A stretch of DNA of 64,000 nucleotides, from IMG/VR virus record IMGVR_UViG_3300026522_000846; one strand, 5' to 3'. This document shows positions 49,042-58,667 of this stretch, one piece after another. This DNA is from an uncultured virus (IMG/VR IMGVR_UViG_3300026522_000846) (Duplodnaviria; Heunggongvirae; Uroviricota; Caudoviricetes). A program made the position numbers and the translations under genes. How positions within the stretch are numbered: the stretch's first letter is position 1; every line of letters starts with the position of its first letter. The notes below the pieces were generated by a model. It was not told the DNA's origin and made no database searches. It worked only from the letters and a program-made list of their open reading frames with translations.

Positions 49042-49214
49042 ATATTTTTGGCGGGAAACCCACAGGCTTGCCTGCGGAAGGAACCGCCTTTAACCTACCT
49101 TTCTTTGTTCTAGGTAACTATGTATTCTCTCTTAACGTAGTGCCCGAAGCACTTAGGCTACTCACCAAGGGTTGTTAGACAACCTCACAGGCAAGCCTGT
49201 GGGTATTAGTGAGC
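49042..49214 (-). mobile_element. Non-autonomous IscB/HEARO-derived MITE
   Basis: Terminal hairpins CCCACAGGCTTGCCTG(T/C)G at both ends; GAGTAGCCTAAG...CTACGTTAAG as in the omegaRNA 5' part; no ORF. Confidence 0.75.
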
Positions 49215-49306
49215 ACGAGAGTCCTCTCTTTCGTTTATCTTGCAAGCTCCCAAAAAGAGCATTCCATCAAATACAACAAGCAGAGCAAAAACTATAAGCC
49301 ATCCGA

Positions 49307-49564
49307 TCATTGACGTTCTCTCCTTTTCAAGAAACTTTGTTTTCTCATTCGCTCAAATGGGTTGGACTGCCAGTTCCCTGATATTTTTTCAGGCAACAGT
49401 TCCCGATACGCTTTTTCAAATTCATCGTTTGACATATAAAGCCGTACCAAGCTCCATAGTTCCGATTTCGTCCGACCGCAACCCAAGAAGGTGCTGCTTT
49501 CATCATGTTTTCCTGAATAATTCAGCCGGACACCGGAGTCCGTCTTAAAAACAAATACGATCAT
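49307..49564 (-). CDS. Small hypothetical protein
   Basis: AAGGA RBS and the upstream CATA motif. Confidence 0.5.
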   Translation of the reverse strand: MIVFVFKTDSGVRLNYSGKHDESSTFLGCGRTKSELWSLVRLYMSNDEFEKAYRELLPEKISGNWQSNPFERMRKQSFLKRRERQ

Positions 49565-49679
49565 TTTTTCTCATTCCTTTCGTCATTTTTTTTATGCGTA
49601 AAAAACTAATGACGTTTACAAAGTTTTGTTTTTATTCATAAAAGAATAAGAAAGAACAAGTTCTTGAAAGGAGATTTAA

Positions 49680-52600
49680 ATGAGAAGTTCAGGCGAACTC
49701 ACACCGCAGTCTTTCTGCGGAAAGAATCAGAACGCACACCTTAGTTCACGCAGAGACTTTATTGTCAGGGCGTCTGCAATAAAGGAAGTCTGGAATATGG
49801 TACTTGCAGGCGACCTTCCGAACGATGAGCAGGAAATCAGAGACGAACTGGCATCGACCTTTGATATGCGTGGCATTACATGGGAACAGCAGTATCAGAA
49901 ACAGGGCATTATCAATATGTACGCTCATCACATCAAGGAATATTGTGATTGGGAACAGAGGGAACTTATCTTCCCCGAAATAGCAGACCCTACTGATACG
50001 TCCTCTCCAATGCTTTTTCCGAATAAAAACGGCGACATGACAGACAATGTTGTGACATGGCTTGACGGAAAGCCAATGCGTGCTGTCTGCGACTACATCA
50101 CAAAAAACGGTAACGAGGTCACGATCGTCAGAGAGCATACGGGAAGAACAAAGTCGCAGAAGGAGGCTTCCGCTATGGATGAGGTTTACCCGTTGATCCT
50201 TCTGGGAAAGAAACTTTGCCCTGATTCCAAAATAATCGTAGAAGAGAATTTTCTTCGGAATCGTGATTCCAAAGAAGATAAGTTTTCAAAAGAACATATG
50301 CTATCCTACGAACCTTCCGACGAGGAACTTCGAAGCATGCACAGGCAGGCAAAGACCTATCCGCAGAGACATCATATTATTACTGACACCCCGGAATTGG
50401 AAGAAGAACTCAGTTCGCATTACAACGAAAACGCACAGAACGAAGTTCTGAAAGAAGAAAACTGCGGTGACTGTCCGAAGTACAACATCTGCCACTATAC
50501 CGAACCGCCCATTCCAAGAACAACAAATGTCAACATCAGACCATTCTCCGAAATTCAGATGAATGACAGTCAGCAGGCGGTCGTTAACAATAATTCAGGC
50601 GTAAGCCGTGTCAATGCAGGTGCAGGTTCGGGAAAGACAATGACGGTAGCTATGCGTAACGTCAAACTTTTGCAGGATGGTGTTCAGCCTGAAAACATTC
50701 TGAACATCACCTTCACTAATGCCGGTGCTGACGAGATGAAAGAGCGTATCAAGCGGTATGCTACCTTTTCCGGCATAGATGTTGATTTCGATAAATTACG
50801 GGTGCAGACATTCAATTCCTATTGTCAGGATTTGGTAAACGCTTACTATGACGAGTTAGGATATACCGCACCGCCGAGAGTGTTACAGCCCGATCACGAG
50901 ATCCGTGCTGCCATCATCAATGACATCTTGGGAAAATATCCGAAGATCACCTGTTGGGCGGGAACTTATGAACGATTCCAGAGTTCCGTATCTTTCTTTA
51001 ACGCATCCGCCTTGGACAAATGCAAGGATATTTTTACGCAGATAAAAGAAGGCGATAAGGACGGCTCTTTCACGAGAGACCGAAATCCATGGCTGAATCC
51101 GACAATATCTCCCATCAAGTTTACCCGTGGTGACTTGGACAACATCTTCCTTATGTATGAGGAATACAATAATACCCTGAAAGCAAACAACTATATCGAG
51201 TTTGCCGACCAGATCAAGGAAGTACAGAAACTGGTACAGTTGCATCCGACTCTTTTTGACAGAATTGGTTTTGAGCATATCATGGTCGATGAGTTTCAGG
51301 ACACAGACCTTCCGCAGGTACAGCTCTTACAGCAGTTAAAGGAGTCGGCAAAGTTCAAGTCCCTCATGTGTATCGGTGATGACAGTCAGGCGATCTTTGG
51401 ATTCCGTCATACCAGTCCTGAATACATGGTAAATTTCGGAAAGTATTTAGGTGATGGTAACGAAGCAGTAGGATATTCCTTCAACGACTTCAATATCCTT
51501 GAAAATTACCGAAGTACGGGAAACATCATCAAAGGTGCAAACAATGTCATTGAGTTGTCTGATAACAGGATCGATAAGACACTGATCCCGACCAGAGAAA
51601 ACGGCGATCCGGTTCGTGTCAACGGATATTACACAGAAAAGCAGGAATACGAGGCGTTAGCGGAAAAGATAAAAGCCGAGGTAGACCGTGGAACAGATCC
51701 CGCCGATATTTCTTTCCTTGCATCTACGGGAATGCAGCTTCAGAAAATGGCAGACGCTTTGACAAAGGTCGGTATTCCATCAATACTTATGAATCCGATA
51801 CCCTATACGCAGAACAGTCGTTGTGCTGCTATCGAGTCGTTCTTTGACTCCTATATGTATCGAATGACACAGGGTATTGCTGACTATATCAATGCAAAAC
51901 TGCATGGGGCATTGATGAATGCCAGTAACGAGCAGATAGAAGATCATATCGCTCGGTTCACACGGGAACACCTTGACGGAGAACCGAGCGTAGAGTCTTT
52001 TATCGCCATGTGCGAAGAATTAGATCCCGATCAGACAGATGAGTGCTTTCAGGACTTTATGGACACCAAAGTCCGTCCCTGCAAGTCGATGGACGAACTC
52101 ATAGACCTTTTCGACGCTATTCGGAAGTATGGTCAGTCATCCAAATTCAAGCGTGAAAAGCAGTATGACGGTGTTGCTCTTTCAACGATCCATTCCGCAA
52201 AAGGAAGAGAGTGGAATCACGTTTACTATACTCTGGATAATTTCGACGCTCCTTCCTATAAGCATACTCATGGTATGCACACCGCAGCACAGGAAGAAAA
52301 ATACCGTTTGTGGTTCGTTGCTGCGTCGAGAGCCAGAGACACCTGCGAGTGTGTCGGAACATATACCTCAAAGGCTACTCCGTCAAAGGGCGAATATACA
52401 CTCAATAACTTTCTGAAAGAAGCCTACGAAATCACAGGCAGACCTTACGGATTCAATGAGGAAAGCCTTTGGGCAGAGATCGCAAGAGAGAAACAGGAAG
52501 CAAAAGAAGAAGCAGAACGTCTTACAAATTCAGAGAATAGGCAGAACCATACTAACAGCGTTCGCTCTACGAATACTCATTCTACAAATGTTCGTTCTGC

Positions 52601-52706
52601 AAACTCTAACAATACTCGTTCTGACAGACCGTTAGAGATTCCGAACGACCTGACACTAGACAGGCAGATGGACATACTTGACTTTCTTCCCGATCCAAAC
52701 CCCTGA
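49680..52706 (+). CDS. UvrD/PcrA-family helicase with an N-terminal Cys-cluster domain
   Basis: AGAGSGKT, ITFTN, VDEFQD, GDDSQAIF, ENYRS and TIHSAKGRE; CGDCPKYNIC before the helicase core. Confidence 0.9.
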   Translation: MRSSGELTPQSFCGKNQNAHLSSRRDFIVRASAIKEVWNMVLAGDLPNDEQEIRDELASTFDMRGITWEQQYQKQGIINMYAHHIKEYCDWEQRELIFPEIADPTDTSSPMLFPNKNGDMTDNVVTWLDGKPMRAVCDYITKNGNEVTIVREHTGRTKSQKEASAMDEVYPLILLGKKLCPDSKIIVEENFLRNRDSKEDKFSKEHMLSYEPSDEELRSMHRQAKTYPQRHHIITDTPELEEELSSHYNENAQNEVLKEENCGDCPKYNICHYTEPPIPRTTNVNIRPFSEIQMNDSQQAVVNNNSGVSRVNAGAGSGKTMTVAMRNVKLLQDGVQPENILNITFTNAGADEMKERIKRYATFSGIDVDFDKLRVQTFNSYCQDLVNAYYDELGYTAPPRVLQPDHEIRAAIINDILGKYPKITCWAGTYERFQSSVSFFNASALDKCKDIFTQIKEGDKDGSFTRDRNPWLNPTISPIKFTRGDLDNIFLMYEEYNNTLKANNYIEFADQIKEVQKLVQLHPTLFDRIGFEHIMVDEFQDTDLPQVQLLQQLKESAKFKSLMCIGDDSQAIFGFRHTSPEYMVNFGKYLGDGNEAVGYSFNDFNILENYRSTGNIIKGANNVIELSDNRIDKTLIPTRENGDPVRVNGYYTEKQEYEALAEKIKAEVDRGTDPADISFLASTGMQLQKMADALTKVGIPSILMNPIPYTQNSRCAAIESFFDSYMYRMTQGIADYINAKLHGALMNASNEQIEDHIARFTREHLDGEPSVESFIAMCEELDPDQTDECFQDFMDTKVRPCKSMDELIDLFDAIRKYGQSSKFKREKQYDGVALSTIHSAKGREWNHVYYTLDNFDAPSYKHTHGMHTAAQEEKYRLWFVAASRARDTCECVGTYTSKATPSKGEYTLNNFLKEAYEITGRPYGFNEESLWAEIAREKQEAKEEAERLTNSENRQNHTNSVRSTNTHSTNVRSANSNNTRSDRPLEIPNDLTLDRQMDILDFLPDPNP

Positions 52707-52710
52707 TGAA

Positions 52711-52763
52711 ATGGAATGAACCTTTGGTTCGTTCCTAGGAAAGGGACATTAGTCCCTTTCCAT
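52711..52763. repeat. Family-A element (intergenic)
   Basis: ATGGAATGAACCTTTGGTTCGTTCC-TA-GGAAAGGGACATTAGTCCCTTTCCAT. Confidence 0.92.
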
Positions 52764-52787
52764 TATTAAAAAAGAAAGGACAAAACC

Positions 52788-55694
52788 TTGATTATTTATA
52801 ATGGTGAAGCACAAAAATACACTCCGAAACATATGAAGTCGGACAATATCATAATCGACATCACGTCAGATAAACCGCTGACTGATGTTCTTACCATGAT
52901 CGAACAGGACAGACCTTATCCTGACGGTACAACGGTAAAAACATTTCACCCGTCAGGCAGAGAACCGCATTATGAATTGGATAACCCCGCTGTTGGAAAT
53001 GGAACGACTCTTTCAGAGCCGTTCCTAGGAGTGGATCAAAGATCCACTCCATTAAATGGAGTGCCTTATGATAATGAATATCTGACCGAAGAGGACATCA
53101 TCGAAATGGATGATGATTTCTACGAAGAGCCAAGGCTTTTGACAGACTACCGTCCGTTCCGAAATGGTGTTTTATCAAAACAGAACAGCTTTACTGCCTT
53201 TACGCCGTCAAAAAAGACTCTGACGGATGAAATACAGGACGCTCTCGGTATTCTTCCAACCGTCATGGATTTGGATGAGCCGGTGCAGGAGCGAGTCCGC
53301 TTATCGCAGGTCGGAAATGACCTGTTCTGGCATTTCAATGATGACGAAGGACGTATCTCTTCCAAGAACCGTTATCCCGATATTGATACCATTCGATATT
53401 ATGATAAATTCACACCGTATGAAAAACGTGTGGTGACGGAAGGACATATCCATCCGAGAAAGTTCGTCGAATTAAAACGAATGATCGAAGAAAAGCGTCC
53501 GGGATATATCCTGACGAAACAGGCGTTCGAACTCATGAAAGATGATGAGGACGATTACTATATCAGCGGAACGACACCGATCCGTACTTCGGGTTCAAGA
53601 ACGCCTTTGAAAGAGATAATGATATCTCTTATATATCCCTCCATGGAACTTCAGCATCCGACTGAAATGACGGAATGTATTCAAAAATCAGATGCAGAAT
53701 TCAAACGTGTCATCGGGCGTTCGCCAAGGGTACTTAATGAATATGTCGTTGCTCATTGCATGAGAGAAGGACACATCTTGTCGGATGACGAGATTCGGAA
53801 AATGGTCGCCGACTTCTCTCTGCCGAATCTGAGTAAGGTGGCACGGATGCACAACTTCGCCCTGTATGCCCTTGCCGACAAGATACGTTTTCAGGAAACG
53901 CCGAAAGAACATATCGAAGCCTTTGCAACATTCCTTGATCCGAATAAGATAAATCTGTATGAAAAACGAGGGTTCTTTGCATGGTACAATGCTCATAAGA
54001 ATATTAAAACGGCAGAACTGATGACGGTCATGGAATCTATTGACGACATCAAGGAGTTCGGTGAAAACAAGTCTGTTACGGAACTGATATATGACATCAG
54101 GCAGAACCGTGGTAAACAGGATGCAAAGCTTTTCAAGCAGGACTTCAACATTGATTTTGCAGACACTGACCTTTCGATCCGTGGAAGAAATATCGAGGTG
54201 ACCGATGGGAAATACACCATTCTGATGTTGGATGCGAATGACTATCGAAATCTTCTGGTCGGCTACGATACCCATTGTTGTCAGCGTTATGGAAATGCGG
54301 GAGAGACTTGTGTCCGTGACATCATCACCAGTCCGACATCAGGAATAACCGCCATTGTCCGAAACCGTGACATGAAAGACGGTAAATGGATCTCGGGCAA
54401 ATGTCTGGCACAGGCTTACACATGGGTAAATGAAGCAAGCAGTACAATAGTATTCGACAATATGGAATTTGCTGACGACAGAAAGGTATCAGAGTTTTCC
54501 GACCTTATCGCTGCATGGGCAGAACATATGCCATATCGGAATATGCACGTTGGTTCAGGCTATAATCAGGGTATGACCGGTTGGGGGATCAGAGTGCCAA
54601 GCACAGTACCGATCCCGACCATGGTGAATGGAAGGCATCCGTACAGCGACTACCATGAGAACGCAAGAGCCTTGAAACAGAATGGCAATCTGATGTTACA
54701 GATCAAGAACCCTGAAAAGATCCATGTAATGGAACGGGAACTTATCCCATCCAAGTACGACATTCTGATGAGACCGGAACTGTCATGGCTTTCCAATGTT
54801 CGACCTACGGTCTTTAACTCTTCGTTATCGCTCTGCGATAACTCAGATACCGCCATGTCCATGCGTGACCGGTTGAGATGGGGGCAGGCGTTCTTGAACG
54901 AGCCTGACAATGCAGACATACAAATGCGGGCGGTTCACATCAATCCGGAGGCTATCAGGTATATCGAACATCCCGATTTATCGGTACAGGAATATATCGT
55001 TCAAACAGAGCCGTCTCTGATACCATCGATACAGAACCCCGATCCGTCCATCTACAATGTGCTTTTGGAAACGGATCCGAGAGCGATACTGACACTGAAC
55101 CACCCGGACAAAGAGGCATGGCAAATTGCTCTTCATGGAAACGGACTGCTTTTGAAAGACTGCCCGTATCACGACAGGGAACTGGTACTCACTGCCGTAG
55201 AACAGAATGGTATTGCAATTCAGTTTGCGGGGAATTTGCAAAATGATCCCGAGGTGCAGATGAAAGCTGTAGAACAAGACCCCCTGGCATTCAAGCATAT
55301 TCAGAACCCGACAGAGGAGGTGACGATCGCTGCGGCAGAGCGTGACATCGACAGCATCACCAAAAAGACTGACCTTCCCCTGTCCACACAGCGGGAATTA
55401 GTCTTGGAGAATCCGACCAATATCCTGAATTTTAAGGAGAAGGCAGATCCGAGTATTGTAAACCTTGCTTTAAGCAGAAACGGACTACTGCTACGGAACT
55501 TCCGTAATGCGGATGAGGAAATGCAGATGACTGCCGTAAGAAACAACGGTCTTGCCATTCGATATATCCGCACACCAAGTATGGACTTACTTAAGGCTGC
55601 ATATGAAAATAATCCTCGTTCCCTTCGGTATATGCGGATCACACCGGAGCAAAAGGCAGAACTGCTTCAGGCGGTCGAAGAGCAGAGTCGTTAA
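52788..55694 (+). CDS. Large hypothetical protein with C-terminal DUF4116-like helical repeats
   Basis: AVEQNGIAIQF / AVRNNGLAIRYI repeats; one A insert and one B insert in frame. Confidence 0.75.
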   Translation: MIIYNGEAQKYTPKHMKSDNIIIDITSDKPLTDVLTMIEQDRPYPDGTTVKTFHPSGREPHYELDNPAVGNGTTLSEPFLGVDQRSTPLNGVPYDNEYLTEEDIIEMDDDFYEEPRLLTDYRPFRNGVLSKQNSFTAFTPSKKTLTDEIQDALGILPTVMDLDEPVQERVRLSQVGNDLFWHFNDDEGRISSKNRYPDIDTIRYYDKFTPYEKRVVTEGHIHPRKFVELKRMIEEKRPGYILTKQAFELMKDDEDDYYISGTTPIRTSGSRTPLKEIMISLIYPSMELQHPTEMTECIQKSDAEFKRVIGRSPRVLNEYVVAHCMREGHILSDDEIRKMVADFSLPNLSKVARMHNFALYALADKIRFQETPKEHIEAFATFLDPNKINLYEKRGFFAWYNAHKNIKTAELMTVMESIDDIKEFGENKSVTELIYDIRQNRGKQDAKLFKQDFNIDFADTDLSIRGRNIEVTDGKYTILMLDANDYRNLLVGYDTHCCQRYGNAGETCVRDIITSPTSGITAIVRNRDMKDGKWISGKCLAQAYTWVNEASSTIVFDNMEFADDRKVSEFSDLIAAWAEHMPYRNMHVGSGYNQGMTGWGIRVPSTVPIPTMVNGRHPYSDYHENARALKQNGNLMLQIKNPEKIHVMERELIPSKYDILMRPELSWLSNVRPTVFNSSLSLCDNSDTAMSMRDRLRWGQAFLNEPDNADIQMRAVHINPEAIRYIEHPDLSVQEYIVQTEPSLIPSIQNPDPSIYNVLLETDPRAILTLNHPDKEAWQIALHGNGLLLKDCPYHDRELVLTAVEQNGIAIQFAGNLQNDPEVQMKAVEQDPLAFKHIQNPTEEVTIAAAERDIDSITKKTDLPLSTQRELVLENPTNILNFKEKADPSIVNLALSRNGLLLRNFRNADEEMQMTAVRNNGLAIRYIRTPSMDLLKAAYENNPRSLRYMRITPEQKAELLQAVEEQSR
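52999..53052. repeat. Family-A element in frame
   Basis: VGNG[TTLSEPFLGVDQRSTPLNG]VP; AAATGGA direct repeat. Confidence 0.92.
54798..54848. repeat. Family-B unit in frame
   Basis: Encodes VRPTVFNSSLSLCDNSD. Confidence 0.85.
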
Positions 55695-55712
55695 CAAACA
55701 TAGGTTATTAAA

Positions 55713-55750
55713 GAAAAGGCGGACAGATAAAAAACTGTCCGTCTCTTTTT
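55713..55750 (+). terminator. Intrinsic terminator
   Basis: GGCGGACAG-loop-CTGTCCGTC-TCTTTTT. Confidence 0.7.
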
Positions 55751-55812
55751 GTATCCGAAAAAGTGCAAAACTCCCAATAGTAATCTGCGATAATGTAATC
55801 ATCTGAAATGAT

Positions 55813-56601
55813 GTGGGAGGTAGTTTTGTGGATACTTTGATATTAGTCGAATTATGGGGATATATGATTGATGGGATCGTGTGTCTGTTTGGGATAAAAC
55901 AGCTGCGAGTAGTCACACTTTCTATTCTTATTCCTGTTGTGTTTTATGGGTTCTTCACGATGAATCATGTAGGAAATGTGATAATGGCAATAGCCGTCAT
56001 TTTTGGTTTGCTTTTGTATTACAGTATTGAGTTCAGGTTCTTTTTGTGGACGGCGGTATTTGTGTGCGGTATGCTTGCCATATTCATTACAAGCTTTGTC
56101 ATTCTTGCACGGAGTTGGACTGCGAACGAGAAAATCACTACTGATAGTAATGTCTATTATGTTGTCAGTCAGATAATCGACAAGTCGCAGACAGAAAAGG
56201 AATCCGGTCTTATCAACAGAATCAAGAAATTTACAGTCGTTGGTTTGACGGCAGACGCATATCACAATGACGAATTTTCCGAAGCCGAGAACCCCGGAAT
56301 CCTGACCTCTCCCGTATATACTAATCCAAAATATGCCAAGGAACTGGCGTTACTGGAAAAGTACAAAGCTATGGAGAATCAGAAGTTTGCGGAGCTGACT
56401 ACTTTGCGGGAAAACCCAAGGTCTAGTTGGTTGAAGACGTATGTGAACAAGCCAATCGCCTATAGTATCAGAGAGCTCGGCTTTTGTTTCCGCTTTGCGT
56501 GGATGGAGTTTAAATCACTCTTTTTGCTCTTTGGCGGGATCACGATCGGTCTGGATGTTCTGCGTGCTCTACTTCGGATATTCAGAAAGAAAGCAATCTG
56601 A
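55813..56601 (+). CDS. Multi-pass membrane protein
   Basis: Several hydrophobic helices. Confidence 0.65.
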   Translation: MGGSFVDTLILVELWGYMIDGIVCLFGIKQLRVVTLSILIPVVFYGFFTMNHVGNVIMAIAVIFGLLLYYSIEFRFFLWTAVFVCGMLAIFITSFVILARSWTANEKITTDSNVYYVVSQIIDKSQTEKESGLINRIKKFTVVGLTADAYHNDEFSEAENPGILTSPVYTNPKYAKELALLEKYKAMENQKFAELTTLRENPRSSWLKTYVNKPIAYSIRELGFCFRFAWMEFKSLFLLFGGITIGLDVLRALLRIFRKKAI

Positions 56602-56701
56602 TAAATATATAACACAAGAGAGCCGGATCGCTCCGACTCTCTTAAGTATGCTGAAAAATGCAAGTTTTCATGCGACTTACCGAACAGATTATCTCTTGGG
56701 T

Positions 56702-57305
56702 TTATCGTTCTTCTTCATGTTCCTCTTTGCTTTTCGGTTCGTATTTTCTTAAATCACATATATTATCAAAAACCTCTTCGGGTAACTGACTTATCAAGTT
56801 TTCGTCTCTTGGAAGTTCTAGATCTGTATTTTTATCAATACAATTTGCTATAGTTTCGTTCAGTTCGTAAAGGTCAAACTTTATACCAAAAAATTTTTCC
56901 CATTCTCGCAGTTGATCGTATATTTTAACCCAATAATTCACTCCGTCTTTTACATGACAAACATCGTCAGGATAGATTTCACTCCAAAAACTCTCTTTCC
57001 AATCATCTGCATCAGCCCACTCTATTGCATCTTTGATATTATTTTTTGCTTGTTTCTTCAGTTCGGGATATTGCTTTGCAACTTCGACATGAACACCGTA
57101 TCCACAAAGGCCGAAATCGTTACCCCATTTTTTTTGTGAAACTGTCACAAAATTTTTCATCGAATCCTCCGGCAAGATTACCATCATCCTCCACAAGATC
57201 CATCCAGTCTGCCAAGTCTTCCTGAAATTCATGTAATTTTTCAGGATGGTTTTTCTTTATATTATTTTTAAGAATATCAATTACCGCTTCATTGTATCTA
57301 TCCAT
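56702..57305 (-). pseudogene. Hypothetical gene frameshifted at an A8 tract
   Basis: MDRYNEAV...DSFTKK joins WGNDFGL... if one A is removed at 57128-57135. Confidence 0.65.
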
Positions 57306-57464
57306 AAGTCCTTTTCCTCTAAAACCAAGTTGGTTTTTCCCATTTCTATAATTTTTTATGCATAAAAATAAAAAAATGTAGAGAGCGAATATTGCAGAAC
57401 AGCGAATTATTTTTTACTCATAAATTAAATAGAGTAGCGTGAAACATCAAGCAACTTGTTGCTT

Positions 57465-57546
57465 ACTTCGGAGTCTTTGCTCTGCAAAGACTCCGCGTTA
57501 AAGTTCGTAGAACGAACTTCGGTAGCATCATCCCTAGGAAAGGATT
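57465..57546. repeat. Family-B unit plus a family-A remnant in a 5' UTR
   Basis: ACTTCGG direct repeat at 57465 and 57516 (period 51); CCTAGGAAAGGA supplies an RBS-like sequence. Confidence 0.85.
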
Positions 57547-57552
57547 TAATTT

Positions 57553-57840
57553 ATGAACGATAAACTATTGATCACGATCGTTGTGATCTCTGCTGCTATC
57601 GCTATATACCGTGTAATAAGCACTATCCTCATTCAGCACGGTGTGGAACATGGCATGACAGAACATGAAGCACAAAAGCGGTATGACAGTCTCTTCTCCC
57701 TGTTTTTGGCGAGACATCGGGAGAAAAAGGAGAAGCAGACAACGGACGCACTGAACCTGCCAAAGAACGAACCGAAGACAACACAGCGGGTGCAGACCAG
57801 ATGGACGACCATCGGAACTAATGTTCGGAAAGAACGGTAA
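57553..57840 (+). CDS. Small membrane protein
   Basis: N-terminal TM helix. Confidence 0.6.
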   Translation: MNDKLLITIVVISAAIAIYRVISTILIQHGVEHGMTEHEAQKRYDSLFSLFLARHREKKEKQTTDALNLPKNEPKTTQRVQTRWTTIGTNVRKER

Positions 57841-57869
57841 GATATTTTTATCTTTTCTTCTTCTATGGC

Positions 57870-57898
57870 TTGACTTTTATATAATGTAATGCTATTAT
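57870..57898 (+). promoter_or_regulatory. SigA-type promoter for the right-hand small-ORF block
   Basis: TTGACT-17-TATTAT with an extended TG. Confidence 0.55.
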
Positions 57899-58236
57899 AT
57901 AACTATCAAGAGGGAAGAAAAAGAGAAAGGAGAAACAGCATGAAGTCTATAAACAGAAGAGAGATAGAAAGGACAAAAAATATGATGGAATTTGAAATTC
58001 ATACAGAAGAGAACGGAAAAGCGGTTGATTTAGGAATTTACGGAATGGACGAAGAGCATGACGGTTGCACCGATGAGTGCGAAGCGGCGAACAAGGCGGC
58101 AGAAGAACTAGAATCTGATTTTCAATCTGAAGGATATTTCACAGAAATTCAAAGGGTTTTTGAGTTTAATGACCTTCATGTTTGGAATGCTGATGAAAAA
58201 CGTGTAATTACTATCTGGGCGAGCAGAATCGAATAA
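57889..58236 (+). CDS. Small acidic hypothetical protein (internal start likely)
   Basis: AAGGA(G) RBS sequences before internal ATGs. Confidence 0.55.
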   Translation: MLLYNYQEGRKRERRNSMKSINRREIERTKNMMEFEIHTEENGKAVDLGIYGMDEEHDGCTDECEAANKAAEELESDFQSEGYFTEIQRVFEFNDLHVWNADEKRVITIWASRIE

Positions 58237-58285
58237 AATAAAGTTAGCTGACCTATCGGCAAGACGGGGAGAAAAGGATTTATTT

Positions 58286-58594
58286 ATGAATAAAGCAAAG
58301 TTTATCCGCAAGTATTATGGCAAAGGGTATGATAGAGATTTTGTTTATCTCGTATATGAATACAGAGATTATGAGTACACCGTAGAGGAAAATCGTGCAA
58401 AGGGTAATGAGCCTTTGGCTTGGCAGCACAAACGGGAACAGGATCGAATTGACAGGTTGATTGAGGAACAGGACAGACCGAAAAAACCGTACAAATATGA
58501 AGACTCCGCAGAATATAGTTTTGATTTATTTATGAGATATATAAATGGAGACGAAACAGCTTTTAATAAGTCGGACAAGGAGAATGAGAAATGA
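58286..58594 (+). CDS. Phage-like hypothetical protein
   Basis: AAGGA RBS; YEYRDYEYTV. Confidence 0.65.
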   Translation: MNKAKFIRKYYGKGYDRDFVYLVYEYRDYEYTVEENRAKGNEPLAWQHKREQDRIDRLIEEQDRPKKPYKYEDSAEYSFDLFMRYINGDETAFNKSDKENEK

Positions 58595-58667
58595 TAACAG
58601 AAGAACAGACAGACGAGAACTGCGATGTAATTAAAGAGTAAAGACAAGGCAGAATCGGAGAGAGAAA

